From Chiloscyllium plagiosum (lineage: Eukaryota): a stretch of DNA of 64,000 nt. The translations under genes were made by a program, and so were the position numbers. Under the pieces are notes generated by a model. The model ran no database searches. It was not told where the DNA came from and saw only the letters and a program-made list of their open reading frames with translations. Below, piece by piece: positions 49,057 through 61,269 of this stretch (positions are counted from its first letter, which is position 1; every line of letters begins with the position of its first letter). Location: NCBI RefSeq assembly GCF_004010195.1, contig NC_057719.1, positions 13,319,904 to 13,383,903 on the forward strand, given 5' to 3'.

Positions 49057-50297
49057 GAGGCTGAGGGGTGAGTTTATAGAGGTTTATAAAATCATGAGGG
49101 GTAAATAGATAAGGTATTTTCTCTGGAGTGGGGGAGTCCCAAACTAGAGGGCATAGATTTAGGATGAGAGGTGAAAGATTTCAGAAGGACTTAAAGGACA
49201 ACTTTTTCATACAGAGGGTGGTGTGTGTGTGTGTATGGAATGAGTTGCCAGAAGAAATGGTGGAGACAGGCAGGAGGCTGGAAGAACACAGCAAGCCAGG
49301 CAGTATCAGGAGGTAGAGAAGTCGATGTTTCGGGGGTAACGTTTCTTCAGGACTTTGGGTGGGTGTAGGGGGAGCTGCAGATATAGGGGGTGGAAGGGGG
49401 AAGGTGGTGAAGTGGGGATAGGTGAAGACAGGTAGAGGGTATGACCTGGTTGGTCAATGGGAGGAATGAAACTGGTTGGTGGGAAGAGTAGAAGGGAGAG
49501 AGAGGGGCTGGGAGGGGAGTTGGTGGATGGGAAGAGAGGTTAATTGAAAACAGAGAACTTAGTGTTGAGTCCTCTCGGCCGTAGGCTGCCTAGGTGGAAG
49601 ATGAGGTGTTGTTCCTTCAACTTGCGGTTTGCTTTGTTGTGGTAATGGAGGAGGCCAAGGATGGTCATGTCGGAAAGGGAGTGGGAAAGGGAATTAAAAT
49701 GGGTGCTGACTGGAAGGTCCGGTCAGCCTCTGTGGGCCCAGCTGAGATGCTCCGCAAACAGTTCCCTATGTTCACGTTCGGTCTCCCTGATGTAGAGAAG
49801 ACCACATTGGGAGCACCTGATGCAGTGACCTAGGTTGGCAGGTGAACTTCTGTCTCACCTGGAAGGACCATTTGCAGCTCTGGATGGGGGTGAGGGGGGT
49901 GGTGTACTGGCAGGTTTTGCTTCTTTGAACCCCTAGGCACCTTATCCTGCAACCGGAAAAGATACAAAACCTGTTGGCATGCCACCAACCAGGGCCCCAA
50001 ACAATCCTTCCAGGTGAGACAGAGGTTCACCTGTCTCTCCTCCAGCCTAGTTTATTGTATCTGGTGCTCCCGATGAGGTCATGAAACATCGACCTCTCTA
50101 CCTCCACAGGACGTGGTGGAGACTGGTACAATGACAACATTTAAAAGGCATCTGGATGAGTATGTGAATAGGAAGGGTTTGGAGGGCTCTGGGCCAGATG
50201 CTGGCAAATGGGACTAGATTAGTTTAAGATACCTGGTCGGCATGGACGGGTTGGAGCAAAGGGTCTGTTTCTGTGCTGTACATCTCTATGACTCTAA
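49057..50297 (+). mobile_element. CR1 3' end interrupted by a PLE fragment (~49268-50113, mostly minus)
   Basis: tggtggagac duplicated at 49258-49267 and 50114-50123; minus-strand KLKEQHLIFHLGSLRPRGLNTKFS-like peptide. Confidence 0.75.
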
Positions 50298-50629
50298 TGG
50301 AATGGTAGGTAATAGAGGGTGGGCAAAATGATTTGAAATATAAAATAATTCTCGTTGCCTTAGTGTTAACAAAGCTCACTGCTAGTCTCCAAGTTGTCTT
50401 TCCTTACACCTCTTTTTTTTTTAAGAAGACTGACCCCATTGTTTATGATCCACCTCTGTTCCCTAACTATTAACTCTGTCCCTTTCATGGAGTCATGGAG
50501 ATCGACTGCACAGAAAAAGGCTCTTCAGCCCATCACATTCACACTGGTCAAAATCAAACACCTAATTATTCTAATCCCATGTCTAAGCACTTGAGCTAAA
50601 GCCTTGACATTCACATGTAGATCTGAATA

Positions 50630-50804
50630 CAGAACAAGCTCTGTTATCCAAACATCAATTATCTGAATTTCGGATTATCCGAACAAGATCTCAAGGTTCC
50701 CGTAAAAACATTATCTGTTATCTGAACAATCAGTTAACCGAATAATCAGTTATCTGAACAGAACACTCTCTGCCTGTCTTGTTTGGATAATTGAGGTTGT
50801 TCGG
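50630..50804. mobile_element. Tigger-like MITE
   Basis: TA|CAGAACAAGCTCTGTTATCCAAAC ... GTTTGGATAATTGAGGTTGTTCGG|TA; internal ttatc(t/c)gaa repeats. Confidence 0.75.
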
Positions 50805-51207
50805 TACTGCTTAAAAGTTCTGAGTATTTCTGCCTCTATCACCCTTATAGGTCGTGAGTTCTAAATTCCCACCATCCTCTGGGTGAAAACGGTTTACCTC
50901 ACATCTCCTCCTTTTAACTCTCTGTCCCTTACTTTAATCTGTAACCTCGGCCATTGATTCCTCCACAAAGGGGAAAAGTTCCTTCCTGTCTACACTATCT
51001 GTGCCCCTCATAATTTTATACATCTCAGTCACTCTCCCCCTCCCCATCTCCTCTGCTCCCTAGTCTGTCCAATTTCCCTTCACAACTGAAACACTCCAGC
51101 CCAGCTACTATCCTGGGAAATCTCCTCTGCAGTGCTATCACATCCCTCCTATCATATGGATTCCTGAAATGCACATTCTAGCAGTGGTCTAACTAATATT
51201 TCATACA

Positions 51208-51745
51208 AGGAGAAAGTGAGGACTGCTGATGCTGGGGATCAGAGTTGAGAGTGTGGTGCTGGAAAAGCACAGCCGGTCAGGCAGCATCTGAGGACCTGGA
51301 CAGTCAACGTTTCTAGCATAAGCTCTTCATCGGGAATAAGGCTAAAGGACTGAGAGATAAATGGGAGGGGGTTGCGGCTGGGGGGGAAGGTAGCTGAGAA
51401 TGAGAGAGTGACTGAGATCCTTGTAGAAAGAGGAGGAGAACTTCGTCAAGGTATGATTCGGAGATGCCGGTGTTGGACTGGGGTGTACAAAGTTAAAAAT
51501 CACACAACAGCAGGTTATAGTCCAACAGGTCTAATTGGAAGCATACTAGCTTTCGGAGCGACGCTCCTTCATCAGGCGATCCTGTGCTTTTCCGGCACCA
51601 CACTCTTGACTCTGATCTCCGACATCTGCAGTCCTCACTTTCCCCCAGTTGATTACTGCGAAGCCTCTTCCAAGGATGTCTACCTTGAAGAAGTTCTCCT
51701 CCTCTCTCTACAAGGATCTCAGTGCGTCCAATATTTAAACAGTTC
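51208..51745. mobile_element. Nest of family C and family A arms
   Basis: Family A arm 51459-51576 with minus-strand hammerhead core 51551-51575. Confidence 0.8.
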
Positions 51746-52094
51746 CAGCGTAACTTTCCTGATCTTGACTAATAAAGGCAAGTGTCCAAATGCCTTCTTA
51801 ATTATTTTATCCACCTGCACTAATACAGCGCACATGCACAGCAAGATCCCTCTGATCCTGGGTGCTTCCCAGGGTCATACTGTTCATCATACTGTTTATT
51901 TTGTCCTGTCCAAGTGGATTACCTCACATTTATCCAGATGGAATTTCAATGGCAGCTGTCTGAAACAATTCACAACCTTGACAGTCAACTTGAAGAGAGC
52001 TTCCAACCACATGATCTCACTGCCACTATTCTGACCCATTTCCACCTCAATAACTTCCAAATCTCGGAGCAAATTACTGATGATACAGGAACCT

Positions 52095-52440
52095 GCACTG
52101 AAAACAAAAGAAGTGCTGGAGATCACAAGGGGACTGGCACCATCTGAGGCGTGAGAGCAAGCTAACATTCCAAGTCTAGCTGATGCGTCATCAGAGCTGA
52201 CTTGAAACGCCGAGAGACACCATATATGTAATAGTTGGGGGGGGGTGTCTAATCACAGCGCAACTGGAGGAACAACATCTCATCTTCAGACTAGGCATTT
52301 TACAACCTTCTGGAGTTAATACTGAATTCAGTACCTTCAGATTGTGGAGCGACTCCCATTCCTTTAGCTTTACTTGTTGCATTCTCCATCACCATGTCCT
52401 CTCTCCCCTCCCCCCACTCCAATGGGACTGTCCATTCTTT
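52095..52440. mobile_element. PLE fragment (family E-like arm plus C-terminal peptide)
   Basis: QLEEQHLIFRLGILQPSGVNTEFSTFR on the plus strand at ~52261. Confidence 0.65.
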
Positions 52441-53864
52441 CCAGTCTCTCTGTTGGACACACCATTGTTCTGCTATTCTCACATTCCAATCACTAAATCT
52501 GTACTGCCGCCATCCAAATCTACAACTGCTTCAGCCCATATTTGCTGAAACCTCCATTTATGCCTTTGCTACCTTTATGTTTGACTATTCTAATACCGTT
52601 GGATAGTGTGGACCAGTGGTAGCATCCCTACCTCTGGGCTAGAGTCTCTGGGTCCAAGGCTCATACCAGGATTTGTTAATGGAACATTCATGCGAAACCT
52701 GGCCAAACAGGTGAATCCTTCCAATCCACCTGGTGGCAGGTGGTAAAAGTGAGAGGGCTTCCTGCTCAGCACTCTTGGAAATGAACATGGAAAACATTAC
52801 GATACTTTATCCTTAAGTACTGGGCATTCCGATAGGAATTCATGGAACCATGAGGATGGCACAAAGACAGATGGACATTCCCATGCACCCCTGGCTGGTT
52901 TCCCACATTCTACCCTCCTTAAACTTTAAATCATCCGAAACTCTGCTGCCCATGTCTTCACTTGCATAACGCCCTGTCCACCTAGCATCCAGTGTTTGAT
53001 CAAGATTAAGCAATATCTTGATTTTAACATTTCCATTCTTTGTTTTCAACCCCTTTGTGGCCTTTCCCCTACCTATCATTGTAATCCCTTCTAGCCCAAT
53101 AACCCTCCAGGACATTTGAGCCTGTCTAATTCTGGCATTCTGATCATTCTGATGGTCATCACTCCACCTTTAATGGCCAATAGTTGCCTTGGCCCTGGGC
53201 TTTGAAATATACTTCCTAAATTTCTTCATCTCATTATCTTGCCTTCCTCCATGAAGGCATTTCCATAAACTGCATCTTTCTGACTCAGCTCCCAGTTGGC
53301 TGTGCTAATATCACCTTCTGTGATTCAGTGTCGTATTCTGTTGTTGCGAAGGTGAAGGATGGATGTTTTGGGATATTGGAGCATTTGGATGAAAAACAAA
53401 TTGCCCACCTCATGATCACTGTTAGCCCACTGTTTCTTGAATGATATCCCTAAAAGAACATCTGGAGAAGAGAAGATGGTGAGAGTGCTTCATTACACAG
53501 AGTTTGCACACCAGGATACACAACTGAACAATGAATTTAAAAGGAACTCTCTGCGGAACAGTTTGTGCCTAAGGACAATAGAGTTTTGGAGTTCTTTGCC
53601 AGGATAGGTTAATGAGTCACTACACATAGAAATAATGAGTTTTGGAGAAAGAAAGACTCATTCTCCTTTTAATTAATGACATATCATAGTCAAACTCTGC
53701 CCTTTTAAACACACTTCCAGAATCATGTATTTATGCAGCTGCAGACTACAAGCAAGCACTTCCTAATCCAAGATCCACGGTTTGTAGTCTGTATATACTG
53801 ATTCTTCTTTCGATCCAATAGAAGCTGCCCAATACTGAGGAACTAAGTGCTTCCTTGTCTTGTA

Positions 53865-55420
53865 CGTAAAAGCAGGACAAATCCAACCCGGCTAATTACC
53901 GCCCCATCAGGCTACTCTTGACCATCAGTAAAGTGATGGAAGTTGGCATCAACAGTGCTATCTAGCAGCACCTGCTCAGCAATAACCTGCTCAGTGATGC
54001 CAAATTTGGGTTCTGCCAGGGCCACAGGCTCCTGACCCCATTACAGACTTGGTTCAAACCTGGGCAAACGAGCTGAATTCCAGAGGGTAAGGGGAGAGTG
54101 ATAGCTCCTGACATCAAGGCCACATTTGACTCAGTGTGGCATCAATAAGCCCTAGTAAACTGGAGTCAATGGCTATCGGGGCAAACTCTCTGGTAGTTGG
54201 AATCATACGTTGCATACCTAGGAAGATGGTTGTGGTTATTGGAGGTCAGTGATCTCAGCTCCAGTGCATCCCTGCAGGAGTACTTCAGGTTAGTGTCCTA
54301 GGCCCAACCACCTTCAACTGCTTCATCAATGACCTTCTCTCCATCATATGGTCAGAAGTGGGGATGTTTGTTGATGATTGCACAATGTTCAGCAACATTC
54401 ACGACTCTTCCAATACAAGCAGTCCATGCTCAAATGCAATGCGATCCAGACAACATTCAGGCTTGGGTTGACAAGTGGCAAGTAAAATTTGTGCCATGCA
54501 AATGCCAGGCAATGATCATCTCCAGTGAGACAATCTAATCACTGCCCCTTGACATCCAATGGCCTTAGCCATCATAATCCCCTACTATCAATGTCCTTTG
54601 GGTGATGAGTGAGTGGAAATCCAACAGGACTCACCACATAAACACAGTGGAGAAGGTGAGGACTGCAGATGCTGGATATCAGATTGACAAGAGTGGTACT
54701 GGAAAACCATAGCAGGTCAGGCAGCATCTGAGGAGCAGGACAGACAACGTTTCAGGCATAAGCCCTTCATTAGGAATTCCTGATGAAGGGCTTATGCCTG
54801 AAATGTTGATTCTACTGCCTCTTGGATGGTGCCTGACAGGCTGTGCTTTTCCAGGACCACACTTTTCGATATACACAATGGCTACAAGACATGATCAGAA
54901 GCTAAGAATATTGCATCGAGTAATTCACCTCCAAAGCATATGCATCATCAACAAAGCACATGACAGGAATGTGTTGCAATATTCCCACAACACTCAAAAC
55001 TCTTGGCACCACATCCAAAAACATCCACTCCCTTCACCACTGGAGCTCAGTAGCAGCACTGCGTACTATCTACAAGATACACTATAGAAATTCACTAATG
55101 ATCCTCAGACAACACCTTCAAAATCCATGACCATTTCCATCTCAAGGACAAGAGCAGCACATACATGGGAAAACCACAATCTGCAAGTTGCCCTCCAAGC
55201 CACTCACCATCCTGATTTGGAAATATATCACTGTTCCTTCACTGTTGCTGGGTCAAAATCCTGGAATTCCCTCTCTAATGGCATTGTGGGTCAACCCACA
55301 GTACATGGACTGCGGGGGTCGAAGAAAGCGGCTCACCACCACCTTTTCATGGGCAACAAGGGATGGGCTATCAATGCTGGCCCAGCCAGCCACACCCACA
55401 TCCCACTAATGAAGTAAAAA
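53865..55420 (+). mobile_element. CR1/L2-clade LINE (second family), RT to 3' end, decayed
   Basis: KQDKSNPANYRPI, FGFCQG, SVLGPTTFNCFINDL, WVDKWQVKF; tail shared with second-family SINEs. Confidence 0.88.
54649..54868. mobile_element. Fold-back family C element with back-to-back hammerhead remnants
   Basis: ttcaggcataagcccttcattaggaattcctgatgaagggcttatgcctgaa palindrome; ~13-bp TSD ataaacacagtgg/atatacacaatgg. Confidence 0.85.
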
Positions 55421-55682
55421 AATTAATACACTGTTATACTCACTGAACATTAAAGGGAATTTAGCAAATCAGATTAATGTGACATTCCTGGAGGTGATAG
55501 TGCACTTCAGTAATGTCCCATCTCCCATCTCCCTTGATGCCCACTGCTCTGAAAGTTTTGTACTGGGCCCATTCCTTTTTCCTTGGCTTTGTTGGCAGCA
55601 GTGTCCTGATGATTAGTTTTTGGAGATTCCAAGCCAATTCTGAAAGATTGGCAACCCCATCCAAACAGAGTCTCAAAGGAGA

Positions 55683-56060
55683 CAGGGTGGTATCGTATGC
55701 TAACCAAAGGGAGGTGGTATCTAATGGTAAATCAGGAACCCAGGCTAATGCTCTAGGGCCACAGGGGGCCAAATCCCACCAATGGCAGCTGAGTGGGTTT
55801 CAATTAAATTCAAGTTGGAATAGAAAGTGAGTCAGTAATGGTGATTGCGAAACTGCTATTGATGGGTTTAAAAAAATAGCCAGCACCCGAAGGAAATCTG
55901 CTGTCCTTACCCAGTCTATCCAACGTGTTCTCCAGATGCACAGCAATGTGGTTGACTCTTAGTTCACCTCTGAATTGGCCTAGCAAGTCACTCAGTTCAA
56001 GGGCAACTCGAGACTGGTGACAGTTGCTGGCCTTGGCAATGATATCCACATCCCATTCAG
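55683..56060 (+). mobile_element. Second-family SINE
   Basis: cacagcaatgtggttgactctt core; gctggccttggcaatgatatccacatccc tail. Confidence 0.7.
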
Positions 56061-56224
56061 AAGTTTTTTAGAAGTCATTGCATATCACTAGCAACGGGAG
56101 CAGAATTTTCCTTCCTGTGTCGGCAGATTATCAATCAGTCAGCCACAGATTGAAGAGTGAGTTCAGAAGCAGGGGCATCTTTAAAAAAAAATATATTAAT
56201 GGGATGTGGATATCATAAGGTCAT

Positions 56225-57605
56225 CATTTGTTGGCCATCACAAAACGTTGATGTGTGGGTGCAGCAGGTATTTAAGAAGGCAAAATGGAATATTGTTCTT
56301 CATTGCTAGAGAGATAGATTTTAAAAGCAGGGAGGTTACGGTGTAGCTGTATAGGGGGCTGGTGGGGCCACACCTGGTGTGCTGTGTCACAAAGCTTTTT
56401 TCCTAAAAGCTGTTCCTTGACTCAAGGTGACTCTGTCCTTGATTTTCCTCAGAGGGGTAATAAACCAGGTCAGGCTCCGATCAGTCTGGTTTGGTACAGA
56501 GAAGAAAAGGATCTTGAGAGGCCTTTTGTTTATATGCAAACAGATGAGACTTCAGATCAAAGTGGTCATGTTTTTAGAAGTGACCTGTATAATGAAAGGG
56601 GAGTGGTCAGCTCTCTAGATGAGCAGTTTTAGTTCAGTCCTGACCTGATGAGAGGTTCAATAGTGATCTGTTGTCTCTCTTTTTTTCTCTCTCTTTTCTC
56701 TGCCTCTTAACTTCAACCTGTAAGCATGTGTTCCATTTATACTGGTTTTTAAAAGGAGTTTGCTTATTGGGACTGTTGTATATATTTGGAACAGCATAAT
56801 TAAATCTTGTTTGAATAGACTGAGTTCTGTAGGGGTGTCTTATTTTGTTCTTTGTGTCTCCTTGTATAATTTTGGAATAAAGTTTTGTCTGTTTTAAAAT
56901 CTAGTAGTTAACCTAGCTAACTTAATCCGGGTAATTTTCACTGTACACTTACAAATTGCAAAGTTGATCGGGTCTGAGCTGCATGTTTAAGAATGTTTTG
57001 AGTGGTCTGACTTAGTTCATAACAACTGTGTGCAGTTTGGGTCTCCTTAATTGAGAAAGGATGTACTGACACTAGAGGGGGTGTAGAGGAGGTTCACCAG
57101 ATTGATTCTGGAGCTGGGATGATTGGCTTATGAGGAGAGATTGAGCTACGACTATACTCTTTGGAATTTTGAAGAATTTGGCGGGGGTGGGGGACCGTAC
57201 AGAAACATATAAAATTCCAAAGGGAATTTATTTGATAGAAGCAGGGACATTCTTTTCACTGGCGGGTGAGACAAGAACTAGGGGGCATAGCCTCAAAAGA
57301 AAAGGGAGCAGATTTAGGACTGAGTTAAGGAGAAGCATCTTCTCCTAAAGGGTTGTGAGTCTGTGGAATTCCCTGCCCAGGGAAGCAGATGAGGTTACCT
57401 TCTCGGATGAGTTGAAGGCAAAGACAGATAGAGTTTTGAACAGTAAAGGTATTAAGGGTTATGGTGAGTGGGCGGGTAAGTGGAGCTGAGTCCATAAAAA
57501 GCTCAGCCATGATCTTATTGAATGACGGAGTCGGCTCAATGGGCCAGTAGACTCGATGGGCCAGATGGCCTCCTCCTGCTCCTAATTCTTATGTTCCTAT
57601 GTTCA
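56225..57605 (+). mobile_element. CR1 3' fragment split by a solo LTR
   Basis: LVGPHL | VQFGSP; (TTCCTATG) tail. Confidence 0.85.
56385..57024 (+). mobile_element. Solo LTR (Gypsy-like), 640 bp
   Basis: TGTCACA...ATAACA ends; 4-bp TSD gctg/actg; AATAAA near 56876; removing it restores the CR1. Confidence 0.8.
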
Positions 57606-57808
57606 TGCCTATTTGCTGAATGCTCTTGGATGCTACCCAATTGTAAAATGAAAACTGTACAAACAAACACATCCTTCAAATTCATTCCTCCCTCCTTTCC
57701 CCAACAGACTCCCCATGTCAGTTCATGCCATCTCATGCCCTTCTCCCCAACCTGATGGCCTGTGTTTCCTCCATGTTAACTCATGTTAATGTTGCTTGAT
57801 CCTTACAC

Positions 57809-57950
57809 CACACCCTCCTCTATTCCTGATGAAGGGCTTTTTCCCGAAACATCGATTTCCCTGCTCCTCAGATGCTGCCTGACCTGCTATGCTTTTCCAA
57901 TACCACTCTAATCTAGACTCTGGTTTCAGCATCTGCAGTCCTTGTTTTTA
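57809..57950 (+). mobile_element. Family C single arm with hammerhead core
   Basis: ttc-CTGATGA-agggctttttccc-GAAAC-ATC; TSD ccttacac at 57801-57808 and 57951-57958. Confidence 0.8.
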
Positions 57951-58279
57951 CCTTACACTCTCTATGCCAACTCACCCAGTTCATGGTCAGACCTCTATTT
58001 TATTTCACTTCACAATTGCTAAATTTTAAATATCTATTCCTGACTTCACTATTCATTAAAAATTGTATTATTGATGAAAAGATTAAATCCCTTTAAGTAC
58101 TGAATCCCTTGTAAAAATGTTTCCTTCCAAACAAATATTTGCATTTGTAGCTCCACATCAAAGACTGCTAATCTTTTTATAATCATGTGGATCTGTCCAC
58201 AAGCTTCCCCCACTGTGATGATGATAGGTTTTAAAAGCAATCAAATAGCTTTCTTGTGTCAAAGATCAGTGAAAGCGCA

Positions 58280-58853
58280 GGGGAGGCAATGGTGAAGGTA
58301 GTGATATTATGACTGGCCAGTTAATCCAGAGTAGACAGGCTGAAGGCTGGAAGAACACAGCAAGCCAGGCAGCATCAGGAGCTGGAGAAGTTGACGTTTC
58401 AGGTGCTGATGTAGGGTTACGCTCAAAACGTCAACTTCTCCAGCTCCTGCTGCTACCTGGCTTGCTGTGTTCTTCCAGCCTTCTGCCTGTCTACTCTGGA
58501 TTCCAGCATTTGCAGTTTTTTGTCTCTGTTAATCGAGAGACCCAGTTAATGTGCTGGGAGCATGGGTGTGAATCCTGCCATGGCAGATGGTGGAATTTGA
58601 ATTCAATAAAACAAAACCTGGAGTTAAGAGTCGAATGATAACCATGAATCCATTACTCATTGTTGGGAAAAACCCATCTGGGTCACTAAATCTTTTTAGG
58701 GAAGGAAACAGCCATCATTATTCAGTCTGGTCTGCATGTGACTCCAGACCCACAGCAATGTGGCCAATTCTCAACTACCTGCTGGTCAGTTAGAGATGGG
58801 TAATGAGTGTTGGCCTAGCCAGTGATGCCCACATCCCCAGGAATGAATAAAAA
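58280..58853 (+). mobile_element. Second-family SINE with nested fold-back family F element (~58331-58527)
   Basis: TSD gttaatccagag/gttaatcgagag; arms ggctggaagaacacagcaagccagg / cctggcttgctgtgttcttccagcc. Confidence 0.85.
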
Positions 58854-59179
58854 AACAAACAAGCACCATTTTTCTAACTTAAATAACTTTGGGATTGAAT
58901 GAATTGACAGCTTGACCGTTTCACAATGCTCATTCACTTTTTTTTAGGCACATTGTGCCTACACTTAACAAGTGCAACAGATTTACCTCACCCCTCTAGG
59001 ATCCTTTGCCTCTTCAAAGAACTCTGTTAACAACGCAGCCTTTCCTCAGAGTTTTAAAGACAATGAGCCTTCTTTTGGAGACCCAAGTAACGTAAATTGC
59101 TTCCATCTGATGTTGCTTGACTGGAAGGCAACTTTGGATGTTGGGTGGACAGGATATGATGCAAGTTAAGGCACAGTCT

Positions 59180-59900
59180 GCACAGTTTTGGTTAACATCC
59201 ATCTTTAAATGTGTCACTGCCTCCACACACGAAGCATGTATGTGTGAACCAAGTCCAGTGCCAGCTTCCTTCGGCCATCCCCTGGCAAAAAGTGGTGGGT
59301 GCCAGAGTTTGGGGAGGATCTCTGGAATTATGGCCATTTTGGCCAAGCGAATGAGCTCCTTCAACATCCATGACAATTCACACCAGGGCCGCTCAGGAGG
59401 AAGAACTTCCACGAATAACGCATCCTCCATGATGGGGGAACTCGTACATATTGCAAAAGGCGAGGCTGAAGCATTCACGAGAATGGGCCGACAGAATTGC
59501 CAAGTAGTTGGGCCTTGCCCATGCTCCAGCGTGGTTCCATTGTTTACTGGAAGGTCGGAGGCTGACCTTATAGAGGTTTATAAAATCATGAGGATAAGGT
59601 GAATAGCCAAGGTCTTTTTCCTGGGGTAGGGGAGTCCAAACCGAGAAGGGAAAGATTTAAAAAGGTGAGGGGCAACTTTTTCATGCAGAGGGTGGTGTGT
59701 GTATGGAACGAGTTGCCAGGGGGAGTCGCGGAGGCTGGTACAACTACAGCATTTAAAAGGCATCTGGATGGGTATGTGAATGGGAAGGGTTTAGAGGGAT
59801 ATAGGCCAAGTGCTGGCAAATGGGACTGGGTTAGATTAGAATATGTGGTGAGCACAGATGACTTGGCCTGAGAGGGGTCCATTTCCATGCTGTATTACTC
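59180..59900 (+). mobile_element. Second-family LINE ORF2 linker fragment followed by a CR1 3' end (59548-59900)
   Basis: HIAKGEAEAF-like linker; DLIEVYKIMR, WNELP. Confidence 0.7.
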
Positions 59901-60952
59901 AGCCCCACCAGAGCAGCTAACAACCTTGCTATGTAGCCAACCCTCTCCAGAATGCCAAGAAACACCACACCTATACGGGTTTAACTAATAATCTAATCAA
60001 TCATTTTAATCAGCAGAACAAACATCAGAACGCCTGCAATTGCATTAATAACCAAGGAAGTGCTACGGAAGGGAAATAGTTTTCTTCAACATCCTCCATG
60101 TCTTGAACAAAATTAGCAGACCCTGGACACAGTCCTAAACGCAATAAAGCTTCCAACACCTTTTTCTGCAGTGCCGGAATATTAATCGGTGCTGTTTGCA
60201 CTCAATGAGGTGGAGAATTGATTTTTTTTTCTCTGCCCCCCAGTATTAGTCAGTCAGCTCCGACTTCTTTTCCCATCAGCCTTTGCCAGGTTAGCGAGAT
60301 TAGATATTGCTTGAAGCTCTCTCTGTTCTGCCCAGCAACATGCTGTAACCTATTCTTCAGACAAGCATTCCCTGTTATCTCAGTACGACAGGTCCATTTT
60401 CCACAGCACTGGTCCCTTGACAACACTGCCAATTTATCGTGGTTTGTGTTCAGCGGACATGGGCTTGGAACTGGCGGGGGAGTGCTCAAAGTAACGCTAC
60501 TTACAATGTCCTGAGGAGAGCGTATTTTTACTGGCATTTGCAGTTAACCACAAAGATGCGATATAAAAAAAATCAGAATGCAAGCTGTCCATTTCCCCCA
60601 ATTATCCCACTTTGCAGAGCTCGAAGTATTGTCAGGAGGGAGAATAATTTGAGTCGAATACACATCAATCAGCTTTTGTTGTTTTGTATTTTGTCTGACA
60701 AAGTGCCACAAATTCAATCGTGTCACAAGCGACCACTCTGCTGCAGGCATTTCTCAGTTTTATTTTTACAGCGTGTTCTGAAGGCACCTCCATTATTTTG
60801 AGGAGTCGTGTCTGATAGGTTGCGAAAATGGGTTGATTTGAAATGGTGAGCTGATGACTGGACCTGTTTTTGTTTTGAAGGTCACTGAAAGGACACCGTG
60901 GAACATTTAACAAAGAAGACTCACTTACTGGAAGTCACTCTCACACTGCGAG

Positions 60953-61177
60953 TGCAGTGATTGTAACGGGATCAGCCAGGTGGACCTCACAGAATATGAG
61001 TTCCCTGACTGGGGCTGTTAACCTGGTCCCTGGCTGACAGATTTAAACAGGAGTGCCAGAGGCTCTGTTCACTCTGAGAGCTGGCTCTGAGCGAGTTGGA
61101 TCAGTGATTAAGCACTGTGCATATGTATATAAAGGTTGACTAGATGACAGGATACCAACCTCTGTAGAATTATTTCA
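60953..61177 (+). mobile_element. Short (~225 bp) solo LTR-like element
   Basis: TGCAGTGATTG...TATTTCA; at least four related copies in the window. Confidence 0.65.
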
Positions 61178-61269
61178 GTGACTTTGATATTAATTTAGAG
61201 TTCAGTCAGATAACAGCATATGAGGAGATAACAGACACAGTTTAGTCTTTACATACTTATGAGGAGCTA

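Larger units (their letters stand above)
50490..51945 (-). mobile_element. Old CR1 fragment hosting a MITE and PLE-derived inserts
   Basis: LKFHLDKCEVIHL; 3' tail near 50490. Confidence 0.7.
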
